Part shown: positions 1-7,674 of the stretch, piece after piece
Position numbering within the stretch: the first letter of the stretch is position 1
How the letters are laid out: the number at the start of each line of letters is the position of its first letter
NCBI RefSeq assembly: GCF_004114995.1
Contig: NZ_SDJP01000003.1
Coordinates: 1-24,000, forward strand
DNA from: Halorubrum amylolyticum
GTDB taxonomy: Archaea > Halobacteriota > Halobacteria > Halobacteriales > Haloferacaceae
Direction of reading: 5' to 3'
Length of the DNA: 24,000 nucleotides
Translations under genes and position numbers: made by a program
The notes under the pieces: model-generated
Databases searched by the model: none
The model's input: only the letters and a program-made list of their open reading frames with translations
What the model was told of the DNA's origin: nothing

Positions 1-94
1 TCTCCGAATTGTCGTTGCTATTACCAATTTTGAGCGGGGAAATAATCCGGGCCGTGAGAAGCTCACGCTATGAGACTGATTCTATGACAGGCTC
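1..94 (+). mobile_element. Right (3') end of an ISH-type DDE insertion sequence, cut by the window edge; diverged sister copy of the IS at 14379-15447
   Basis: Hand alignment of 1-94 with 15354-15447 gives 82/94 identical bases with no gaps. It ends in the terminal repeat ttctatgacaggctc (80-94), versus ttctatgacacgctc at 15433-15447. Confidence 0.85.
2..73 (+). CDS. Transposase C-terminal fragment (5' part outside window)
   Basis: The frame starting at base 2 reads LRIVVAITNFERGNNPGREKLTL-stop (TGA 71-73). This matches the C-terminus LRLVVAITNFEQGDNPGREKLTL of the transposase at 14428-15426. Confidence 0.8.
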   Translation, partial: LRIVVAITNFERGNNPGREKLTL

Positions 95-260
95 TTTCTT
101 GTCCTATATTTTCGAAGACACTGTGCCATCGCCTGGGCATATCGTCGGTGTCGTACGCGCCCTCATGTGCCAATCTCAGGAACCGGATTGCTTCGTTGTC
201 GGTGAGGTTGTCCAGATCAAGGTCAGCTACTACTCGTTCGCGCGCGTCTTTGGTGCTCAT
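63..260 (-). CDS. Small hypothetical protein, probably 3'-truncated by the IS (its last ~10 codons and stop lie inside IS sequence)
   Basis: An ATG at 260 opens MSTKDARERVVADLDLDNLTDNEAIRFLRLAHEGAYDTDDMPRRWHSVFENIGQE..., which has acidic haloarchaeal composition. The frame crosses the IS terminus at 94. No family recognised. Confidence 0.25.
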   Translation of the reverse strand: MSTKDARERVVADLDLDNLTDNEAIRFLRLAHEGAYDTDDMPRRWHSVFENIGQERACHRISLIA

Positions 261-629
261 CACCCGCTCGCGTTGGATAGCTGAATGAAAATGGAACCAG
301 AACATGAAGTTCCCTTCCGATGGAATTGTTGGCGGGTGCCCGGGATTAAGTCGGTCGGGATAACCGGGAGTGCTGAGAGTGTTGGGAGGGCCGTCAGGAA
401 CAAACGTCGCAACATGTGTCGACACGCACCTATGGTCAGAAAAATCCTCTTCCGAGCAGCATGGATGGGACTGTACAAGCCGATGAACCGAGATCAACGG
501 TAAGAGGCCCGAGGAACCAGTCGGGAAAATCGATTGAAGGCGAAACAGAGGGGCGAATGTTGTGACGGTTCCACTCCTTCAGCGGATTATAGAACAGGGA
601 CTAAATTTCGTCGCTCCAATTCAGGAGCC

Positions 630-1556
630 ATGGTTACTTCAGAGGGGGCTACTGGCGCTTTGCTCGGTCTCGCCTGTGGCGATGCCTTAGGTCGTCCCGT
701 GGAATTCCGCTCCGCGGAGGAGATCGCTGATCAGCACAGCACCGTGACGGAGATGCTCGGCCGCGGGTCACATGGGCAACCCGCGGGAACCGTTACTGAC
801 GACACTGATCTCGCGGTGTGCATCGCACGGAGCCTCGTCGAGCAGGGAGACTTCAACGGGAATGATATCGCCGACCGATTCCACGAGTGGTACGAGAGTG
901 ATCCGTTCGACATCGGGCTGATGACCGCCGATGCCATCCGCGAGTACGCGAACGGAACGTCCTGGCGAGACGCTGGGCGCGAGGTCTGGCAACACCGGAC
1001 CGAAGGATCGAATGCCGGCAACGGCAGCGTGATGCGGTGTGCACCGCACGCGATTGCCTTCGCCGACGATCCCGACGCGCTCGTGCAGGTGAGTCGGCTG
1101 TCCTCGGCGATCACGCACTCCGATCCGCGATGTACCTACGGGTGCGCCGTGCTGAATTGCACGATCGCCGGGTACCTCCGGGGCGACGACGAACCGCTTA
1201 CGGGCGCACTCGACCGCGTCGAACGTGACGCACCGGACGAACTCGTCGAGACGCTGCGACTGATACTGGATCACGTCGATGAGAGCCAGTTACCAAACAG
1301 CGGCTACGTCGTCCACACGCTACAGACGGCGCTGTACGACGCGCTGACAGCCGACGATGCGGAGGACGCCATCGTGACCGCAGTCAACCGCGGCGGCGAC
1401 ACAGACACTATCGGAGCCGTCACGGGCGCGCTCGCCGGCGCACGCTTCGGGAGCGACTCACTTCCTGACCGGTGGCTCACCACCATCAACTATCGTGAGG
1501 ACTTCGAACTCCTTGCGCAAGCACTGGCAACGACGGATATCGACGCAGGGACTTGA
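630..1556 (+). CDS. ADP-ribosylglycohydrolase family protein (ARH/DraG-like)
   Basis: The ORF spans 534-1556; I prefer ATG 630 (MVTSEGATGALLGLACGDALGRPVEF). Family hallmarks seen: GDALGxPxEF, TDDTD, GNGSVMR, and C-terminal GGDTDTIGAVTGALAGARFG. Confidence 0.85.
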   Translation: MVTSEGATGALLGLACGDALGRPVEFRSAEEIADQHSTVTEMLGRGSHGQPAGTVTDDTDLAVCIARSLVEQGDFNGNDIADRFHEWYESDPFDIGLMTADAIREYANGTSWRDAGREVWQHRTEGSNAGNGSVMRCAPHAIAFADDPDALVQVSRLSSAITHSDPRCTYGCAVLNCTIAGYLRGDDEPLTGALDRVERDAPDELVETLRLILDHVDESQLPNSGYVVHTLQTALYDALTADDAEDAIVTAVNRGGDTDTIGAVTGALAGARFGSDSLPDRWLTTINYREDFELLAQALATTDIDAGT

Positions 1557-1562
1557 CCGGTT

Positions 1563-1895
1563 CTAGGTTGTGTCAAGAACCTGGTCCCACAGACTGGGTA
1601 GATCCTTGATGCGTTCCCATCCGTCCGCTTCATTGATGTTCTCGTCAACGATGGTGATGTCCTCGAAGTCCTCGTCAAGGATTTCCGCGCGTTCCATTGC
1701 CAGTGGCGGCGTACAGTAGTCCTCCTCGATCCAGACCGCCTCGCCGGTTTCGGGATCGAACCGAGCGTTCTGTAGAGCCTTCGTCATCGCTCGACCGAAC
1801 GGCTCCATCTGCTCGATGTCACCACTCTCCACACGCTCACGTAATTCGGAGAGGCGCTGCCGAATAGGCAGTGCACGCACGAAGCGATACGCCAT
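1563..1895 (-). CDS. Hypothetical acidic protein (110 aa), convergent with the ARH gene (6-bp gap)
   Basis: Clean ATG-started ORF with haloarchaeal acidic composition (MAYRFVRALPIRQRLSELRERVESGDIEQMEPFG...). No family recognised. Confidence 0.55.
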   Translation of the reverse strand: MAYRFVRALPIRQRLSELRERVESGDIEQMEPFGRAMTKALQNARFDPETGEAVWIEEDYCTPPLAMERAEILDEDFEDITIVDENINEADGWERIKDLPSLWDQVLDTT

Positions 1896-2246
1896 AGTCG
1901 CAGATAGGTCAGTCCCGGTAATAAACGTTCGACGCGTCCATCGTACTCTCTACGAAACCGATCTTGATGATCTCGCTATCGAGTTAGAACGGATCAACAA
2001 CTGGGCAGGATTCCACTCCGATTACGAGTACGAACACTATTACATAACAGCGTGTCACCACGAGCGGTACAACAGTGATCAGGACAAGTAAGAAGCAGAA
2101 TCCGTTGAGCAGGCGGTTGCGATTGGAGTACTTGATTTGAACCTTAGAATGCGTACATCTATTGTACCGCTAACGATGTCACTGCAATCGTCTCCTTCCC
2201 GTCCAACCCGGAGGATCCAGGCTTCCGCGAAGCGCAAAAAGACCTC

Positions 2247-2771
2247 TTGGAGGTGCTGGAACGGCAGAACCCGATCTTCAGTTACGTGGCCCGCCGAATG
2301 CTCACCGAACAACCCTGGACCGACGGGAACGGCACGATCGAAGACGTTCGCCGCATTGTCCGCGAATTCTACGACGAAGCCGGTCGAGAGCAACCCGAGT
2401 ACTTCCCCGCTGACGAGCCGGCCGAGAAGACGTACGACACGGGGCGGTTGAAGTGGCAGCGGGATATCCAAGGCGGCCGTGTCACGTTCGAGTCGGAACC
2501 GAATGCTATTACAGCTGACTTCGACCGCGAAGAGTACGAAGTGTACGACTACGAGAAGCGCCTCCCCAAACGGTTCATGTCCGAAAAATCGTCCACAAGC
2601 GTCTACATCGGCGCACCCGAGGAATTCGCTGAGTGGATCGGATACTCCGTCACCGAACTCCTAAACGGCGCGGCCGAAACCGGCACGGACACCACGCAGT
2701 CAACCACCACGGAAGATACGTCGAATACGGACAACTCAGGGGGATTCTTTTCTCGGCTGTTCGGGGACTAA
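2247..2771 (+). CDS. Hypothetical protein with Thr/Ser-rich C-terminal tail; start uncertain (TTG 2247 or GTG 2253)
   Basis: Acidic, coding-like ORF (…PWTDGNGTIEDVRRIVREFYDEAGREQPEYFPADEP…). The frame stays open and coding-like upstream to the stop at 2145-2147 but contains no ATG, so the gene may be 5'-decayed. Confidence 0.5.
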   Translation: MEVLERQNPIFSYVARRMLTEQPWTDGNGTIEDVRRIVREFYDEAGREQPEYFPADEPAEKTYDTGRLKWQRDIQGGRVTFESEPNAITADFDREEYEVYDYEKRLPKRFMSEKSSTSVYIGAPEEFAEWIGYSVTELLNGAAETGTDTTQSTTTEDTSNTDNSGGFFSRLFGD

Positions 2772-2805
2772 TCTCGTCGGTTCTTTGTTCGACTCTCACG
2801 GGGGA

Positions 2806-3921
2806 CTACACGAGCTCCATCGCCTGCTCGGTCAGCCGGTAGCGATACGCTGGTCGAACAAACACGATCTGCCCGTAGTTTTCCGATTTCGTGACCTCTT
2901 CAGAGGACTCAATCGCTTCAACAGCCGTATTGAGTCGATCTACTGGATCGCCGGACTGCAGAAAGTCGATGATTTGCTCTGGTTCAATACCGAACTCCGC
3001 AGCGAGGATACTTCGGATTGTCCGCCCAGCACCGTCAGCGACGGCGACAGACGGTACCGAGGCACGGGCTTGCGGCCCGTCCCGCTCCGCAGCATCCTCA
3101 GAAAGCGCCGTGACCTGCAGCTCATCGTCGATATGCGCGATGAGGGCCTTCAGATTCGCTTCAGCTTCCTCAGTCACTTGCCCGTTCACGATGTCGTCAA
3201 GCCGCTCGCTAATCGCAAAGACGTCCGGCCCGGGCGGCGCTGTCTGCGCAAGGATCCCGATATCCACGAGATGATTGAGTACCGTCCTCGGTTGGTACTC
3301 GATATCGACATCAAGCGAGTCAATCATCTCCGCTCGTTTGATACCCTCTTCCTCGGAGTCGATCCCTGCCTTGTAGAACGCTTTTGCAACGGTTACCTGA
3401 TCGGAAACGCTGTGCGTGTTCCCCTTTTGTTCCCGAATATACCGCTCCAAGCGGTCGAAATTAGCGTCATCTTCCTCGTCAATCGTGAGCGCGTCTCTGA
3501 CTGTGTCTGGAAGTTCTGGACGCGGCGCATCACGGTGCCGCTGGGCTTTCTCCGACAGGCGCGTGTTATCGTAGAGCGCACGCGCGACGGGGAGCCCACG
3601 GAGATAATTGTACTCGTAGAGAATCTCCACACCGTGTTCAGTCAGGCCGTAGAACTGACTGGGGAGATCGCGCGCGTCCTCATTCGGCGGGTACCGATAA
3701 CAGTCGATAATATCGTTGTCACTGAGAACCTCCAGCTGATCCCGGATTGCGGCCTTGTTCTTCGGCATCATGTACGCCAACTCATCGAGTGAGGGGAGAT
3801 GCTCTGGGTGGCCAAGGATGAACTGCAGAATCAAGTGTCGCGTCTCCTGGGAGAGAAGGTCGTAGATCTGCCGCTGTTCCTCAAACGGGCCGCCACCCTC
3901 CGCGGCAGGCGCATCACTCAT
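2806..3921 (-). CDS. Winged-helix (ArsR-like) DNA-binding protein of the type common on haloarchaeal plasmids and islands
   Basis: I prefer ATG 3921 (MSDAPAAEGGGPFEEQRQIYDLLSQETRHLILQFILGHPEHLPSLDELAYMMPKNKAAIRDQLEVLSDNDII…FYGLTEHGVEIL), which shows a helix-turn-helix plus wing pattern. A possible second wHTH occurs around RTVLNHLVDIGILAQ. The ORF track starts at TTG 3969. Confidence 0.65.
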   Translation of the reverse strand: MSDAPAAEGGGPFEEQRQIYDLLSQETRHLILQFILGHPEHLPSLDELAYMMPKNKAAIRDQLEVLSDNDIIDCYRYPPNEDARDLPSQFYGLTEHGVEILYEYNYLRGLPVARALYDNTRLSEKAQRHRDAPRPELPDTVRDALTIDEEDDANFDRLERYIREQKGNTHSVSDQVTVAKAFYKAGIDSEEEGIKRAEMIDSLDVDIEYQPRTVLNHLVDIGILAQTAPPGPDVFAISERLDDIVNGQVTEEAEANLKALIAHIDDELQVTALSEDAAERDGPQARASVPSVAVADGAGRTIRSILAAEFGIEPEQIIDFLQSGDPVDRLNTAVEAIESSEEVTKSENYGQIVFVRPAYRYRLTEQAMELV

Positions 3922-4042
3922 AATCTCACTTGAGAGTACCTCGGCGACGCGAATAATACTTTGGGTCAACTGGTGTGGTCAATCGGCGTATTAGACATAT
4001 TGGTTAGCAACCTATTTATCTATTCCCCAAGGAGCACACAGT
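3922..4042. promoter_or_regulatory. AT-rich divergent promoter region between the wHTH gene and the 252-aa gene
   Basis: The TATA-like tatttatc (4013-4020) lies ~26 nt before ATG 4043, consistent with a leaderless mRNA. The TATA-like gaataatact (3951-3960, minus sense) lies ~30 nt before ATG 3921. There is a direct repeat ggtcaa at 3964-3969 and 3977-3982, and a small palindrome ggttagcaacc at 4002-4012. Confidence 0.4.
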
Positions 4043-4801
4043 ATGGCTGACCCCGGCCCGCCTCCGAATGCAGCGGAGATCATGGAGAGCGTGAACGATG
4101 CACTCCAAGGTCTCGAATTAGAACCTCACGAAACATCGGACATACTGGGGTTCGCCAACCGAGAGCTTCCGCACCTCCACACTCCCGAAGACTCGTATTT
4201 CATCCTCGGCAGCTACCGCGACCCCTACATTCGACGGCTCCGTATCGTCCAGAACGAACTCGACAAGCGACTCGGTACATACCCGTTCCTGATGGGCGAT
4301 CTCCAAGAATTAGATATTGACCGGCTCCCGGTCTTCCGCATTCGATTCACACTCCTCGCTGCGCACGCCGACACCATCGTCGCCGTGTATGAACAGGACG
4401 CCGGCGGCGAAATCACCGAACTCGGAAAGAGCAGCACGACACCGTACTTCGACAAATCCTACGTGCTACCGCGAGACTACAGGTGGATGACCGAACAGAA
4501 CCTCGACACAGAAGCAGACGTCATCGCCGCTGCCGCGACTATCTACTTCAACGACGATCTCGACGAAGCTACCACCGAAGAAGAGCTGGACTCGCTCATC
4601 ACAGCGGCGAACAAGAACGACATCGATCTTGCGAAACCAGACATCATAGAGCGACTTGAAGATCGAGACGACAGCGAAGACGCCCCAGTTTCATACAGTT
4701 GGGTGCATCTCAATGAATTCCGGCTTTTCGAACTTCACGGGCGGTGCCTCGCGTGGAGCACTCCCGACAATCTCCGCGATGTCGTAGCAGAAATCCCGTA
4801 A
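4043..4801 (+). CDS. Hypothetical protein (252 aa); the N-terminal half has a Rossmann-like strand-helix pattern reminiscent of nucleoside 2-deoxyribosyltransferase, TIR or SLOG-type folds (weak)
   Basis: The pattern is SYFILGSYRD…(helix)…YPFLMGDL…LLAAHADTIVAVYEQDAGGEITELG. This is eye-level resemblance only, followed by an acidic C-terminal half. Confidence 0.6.
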   Translation: MADPGPPPNAAEIMESVNDALQGLELEPHETSDILGFANRELPHLHTPEDSYFILGSYRDPYIRRLRIVQNELDKRLGTYPFLMGDLQELDIDRLPVFRIRFTLLAAHADTIVAVYEQDAGGEITELGKSSTTPYFDKSYVLPRDYRWMTEQNLDTEADVIAAAATIYFNDDLDEATTEEELDSLITAANKNDIDLAKPDIIERLEDRDDSEDAPVSYSWVHLNEFRLFELHGRCLAWSTPDNLRDVVAEIP

Positions 4802-4843
4802 CACGTTGTATCGATTCAGCGCTGTCAGCCCGGATCAGATTTA

Positions 4844-5242
4844 CTACCCAGTTTCAAGTATGTCAGCGGCTGGAATCGACTCGACAGTCACATTCACGGA
4901 TGGTGTTGAGTCGGCCTCGATGAGTCCGAGGTCTTCCCCTCGTTCAATCACGGTCAAAATGGCATCCGTAACTGCCTGCTCATCCACTCCATCCACTGTT
5001 GCGATCACACCATTACCGAATAACACAGCGGTGGTCATTGGCTGGTCTACGTGGTAAATCAAACCGGAGAACCGTTCTGGCTCGTACTCAATATTCGCTA
5101 ATCCGAGACCGATTGCGAGCGCATTAAGATTTAAATCGGATTCTAATTCAACGTATCCCGCTGTTTCACCAGTGTTCAATTCGACACCAACATCAGTGAG
5201 CGCGTCACGTACCGTGTCCGGGGTAAGTCCCTCGGTAGTCAT
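4844..5242 (-). CDS. Single-repeat TBP-domain protein (half-size TATA-box-binding-protein homologue)
   Basis: LNLNALAIGLGLANIEYEPERFSGLIYHVDQPMTTAVLFGNGVIATVDGVDEQAVTDAILTVIERGEDLGL matches one TBP repeat (consensus LdLnxxAxxLxxxEYePEqFpGLvYRxxxPkxxxLiFxSGKivxTGak…). At 132 aa there is room for only one repeat. A possible own TATA (taaatc, 5271-5276) lies ~30 nt upstream. Confidence 0.7.
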   Translation of the reverse strand: MTTEGLTPDTVRDALTDVGVELNTGETAGYVELESDLNLNALAIGLGLANIEYEPERFSGLIYHVDQPMTTAVLFGNGVIATVDGVDEQAVTDAILTVIERGEDLGLIEADSTPSVNVTVESIPAADILETG

Positions 5243-5292
5243 ATGAATGGCACACCGGGCACCAGTGTTGTAAATCTACTGCGAGATAGTGA

Positions 5293-6936
5293 TTAGTCTA
5301 AGCTCTGAACGCCAGTCGAGTCTCCCTCCCCGAAATCAGCCGATTCGGACTGTGTCGGTTCGCGTTGTCGTTCGTCATATGCTTCGCGCCATTCCTTGAT
5401 GACTGGCCTGCTTCCAGCACCGTGTGGTGTGCGTCGCTGTCGAACCTGGATTAGTGCTGGCGTGTTCATTGCGTCACCAGACACGACCGCTTGCCCTGGA
5501 GTTAACCCGGGCAACTCCCGAAGCACGTCCTCGCCAGCGGCCTCCACTGAGTTTTTGATCGCGTCCTGGTCATTCGGGTTCTTGATCTGCATCGAGATCT
5601 GCGTGCCGCACTGCGACAGTACGTCTTGATCGATTTTCGACGGGCGTTGACTGATAATTCCGAGTCCGAATCCGAACTTGCGGCCTTCAGACGTGATCGT
5701 TCGCATGATCCCTAGCGATGGGGCTTCACCGGAGGCTGGAGCAAAGCGGTGTCCCTCTTCGAACAAGGCGAAAATCGGATGCTCGATATCCGAATCCCGG
5801 TCTCGCACGTCATCGAGTCGCTCTCGGTACATCCGCCGCAGAAGAACGGTCGTGATAAGTTGCTGATCCCGCCGATCCAACGTATCCATCTGAAGGACGG
5901 TACACTGCCCTGGGTCCACAATTTCATCCAGCGGCACGTTCTCTTCAGGATGGAAGAGGTCATTCCGTTCGATCGATCGGCGGAGCCGCCATTCTAATGC
6001 GCCGACGCTTGCGTCATCATCGTCGTAGATCCGCTCCATCTCACCGATCAGTTCATCAATCCCCCATGTTCGACTTTCCTGACGTTGCATGGCTCGCCAT
6101 GCCGTCGAAAGCCGCTCTTGCATCCGATTGCTCGGATTATCCAAGATTGCCATGACATCGCCGATTTCCAGTTCAGAGATGCGAACGCGAAGTCGCTCCG
6201 GATCGTAGTACTCGATCTCTGGCTCATACCCATCCTCGCCCTGAAAGGCCTCTTCACCCTGCATTTCCGCTAACGTATCGTACTCACCGTGCGGGTCAAA
6301 CACGAGTAGTGATGCACGCGAACTCGGACGCATCATCTCCTCGATCAGGACCGACGCTGTGTAGGATTTCCCGCTCCCTGTTGAAGCGAGAATCGCTAGG
6401 TGTGTCGAAGCGAATTCTTCGATTGGAATGTGTAGATTTGTCGCCTCTGCCGGTCGATTCAACAGCCAGCCGACGTGCGCGACTCCGTCAAGCGTTGTGA
6501 CATCCGTGCTGTCAGTTTCACAGCCGAGGTTCGGCAACACGGTTTCGAGTTGCTGGTGTGGTGCGATCGACAGTGGCGTCCCCGGGTCAGGCAGCTGGCG
6601 AGGATTAGCGAACGTCGTCATATTCGTGTCGTAGTACCCTATGACCGTTGCTGTCAACCGGTACAACTCGGTATCATCAGTCGGCACGCCGAGCGTTGCC
6701 GCAACTGTCTCCGGCCCGATCTCCGGATCTGCAAGGAACCCTTCAGGAAGCCCCCGAATCAGTTCACGATTCGTCACGCGAGCGAACACCGATCGTGGCT
6801 CACCTTCTACCGAGACCGTGTACGTGATGAACTCACCCGTCTTGATCGACTTGTCCGACGGAGTCACGAACACGAATTCGTTCGGATCTTCACCCGGTCC
6901 AGCGACGGTTCCGACTACGTCTGATCGATCAGCCAT
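5293..6936 (-). CDS. herA: HerA-type (DUF87/FtsK-HerA superfamily) hexameric ATPase/helicase
   Basis: It has an N-terminal barrel segment (VVGTVAGPG…GEFITYTV…VFARVTN), Walker A ASTGSGKSY, Walker B/catalytic Glu FALFEEGHRF, and GRKFGFGLGIISQRPS. The start ATG overlaps the upstream stop (TAATG at 6934-6938). Confidence 0.85.
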   Translation of the reverse strand: MADRSDVVGTVAGPGEDPNEFVFVTPSDKSIKTGEFITYTVSVEGEPRSVFARVTNRELIRGLPEGFLADPEIGPETVAATLGVPTDDTELYRLTATVIGYYDTNMTTFANPRQLPDPGTPLSIAPHQQLETVLPNLGCETDSTDVTTLDGVAHVGWLLNRPAEATNLHIPIEEFASTHLAILASTGSGKSYTASVLIEEMMRPSSRASLLVFDPHGEYDTLAEMQGEEAFQGEDGYEPEIEYYDPERLRVRISELEIGDVMAILDNPSNRMQERLSTAWRAMQRQESRTWGIDELIGEMERIYDDDDASVGALEWRLRRSIERNDLFHPEENVPLDEIVDPGQCTVLQMDTLDRRDQQLITTVLLRRMYRERLDDVRDRDSDIEHPIFALFEEGHRFAPASGEAPSLGIMRTITSEGRKFGFGLGIISQRPSKIDQDVLSQCGTQISMQIKNPNDQDAIKNSVEAAGEDVLRELPGLTPGQAVVSGDAMNTPALIQVRQRRTPHGAGSRPVIKEWREAYDERQREPTQSESADFGEGDSTGVQSLD

Positions 6937-7643
6937 TAGACCATCCCTCGCTGTTCACGCGCTTGCCACTGTACGTTCTGTTCAACCACGTCTAGTACCC
7001 GCTGGTTTGGATCGTCTTCCGGGAGCATCCCTCGTAACCGGTCAATCAGTGCGACGATGACCTCCGACCCGAGGTCACCAGCAATATCCAAGAGTCGATC
7101 CATGTACGCCAACTGAATCTGATCGTCGACGGTATGGAAGGAAACTGTGACCTGATCAGGACAGTGGAAGACGGTATCCTCAACTTCTAACGTCCACCGC
7201 GGCATTTGATGCGTTGGCTCTTGTATTGTCCCTTCTTCGGCGATTTCTGCGGTACCGAGAAGCGCCACGCCAGCGAGCGTGGTGCGCTCTTCGATGTATC
7301 CCGGCGTGAATTGGGCCTGGTCGTCCTGCGCTAATCGCGGCCCGGTTCGCCCCTGGTCAGGATCGACTAACTGCGTGTCATAAATCACGCCCATGACGGC
7401 GTGCTCGGTTCCGTTGACGGGTTTCTTGATGAAGACTGGTTGCCCGAACTCGCGCTCGTGAAGTTCCGGTGGACGATCACAGTCACGTTCCTTGTACACC
7501 TCGGCGACGTAATCCAAGTGGCTGTTCGAGGATACGATGCTGCCAATCCGAACGCACGAATCGAGACCCGGACTGTCTCCGTCAGTTAGTGTGTCTGTCA
7601 TAGCTCCGTCTCCGTACTGTTGTCTGGTCGTCGAGCGGTGCAT
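6936..7643 (-). CDS. Orphan 235-aa protein wedged between nurA and herA; possible small beta-barrel (HAS/OB-like) N-terminal domain
   Basis: Coding-like acidic ORF whose stop overlaps the herA start. The pattern IGSIVSSNSHLDYVAEVY…FGQPVFIKK…HAVMGVIYDTQL resembles N-terminal barrels of HerA-type ATPases (eye only). There are no nucleotide-binding motifs. An alternative start is ATG 7601. Confidence 0.6.
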   Translation of the reverse strand: MHRSTTRQQYGDGAMTDTLTDGDSPGLDSCVRIGSIVSSNSHLDYVAEVYKERDCDRPPELHEREFGQPVFIKKPVNGTEHAVMGVIYDTQLVDPDQGRTGPRLAQDDQAQFTPGYIEERTTLAGVALLGTAEIAEEGTIQEPTHQMPRWTLEVEDTVFHCPDQVTVSFHTVDDQIQLAYMDRLLDIAGDLGSEVIVALIDRLRGMLPEDDPNQRVLDVVEQNVQWQAREQRGMV

Positions 7644-7674
7644 CCTGCTGGTGCGTGCGGGGTGTGGTGGTGAA

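Noticed and set aside
534-629. N-terminal extension of the ARH gene from TTG 534
   Set aside because: The extension (KAKQRGECCDGSTPSADYRTGTKFRRSNSGA) is basic and non-conserved-looking. The family-typical N-terminus begins right after ATG 630.
2785-3792. 335-aa plus-strand ORF
   Set aside because: It is entirely antisense to the well-supported wHTH gene (2806-3921), and its composition is non-acidic and atypical for this organism.
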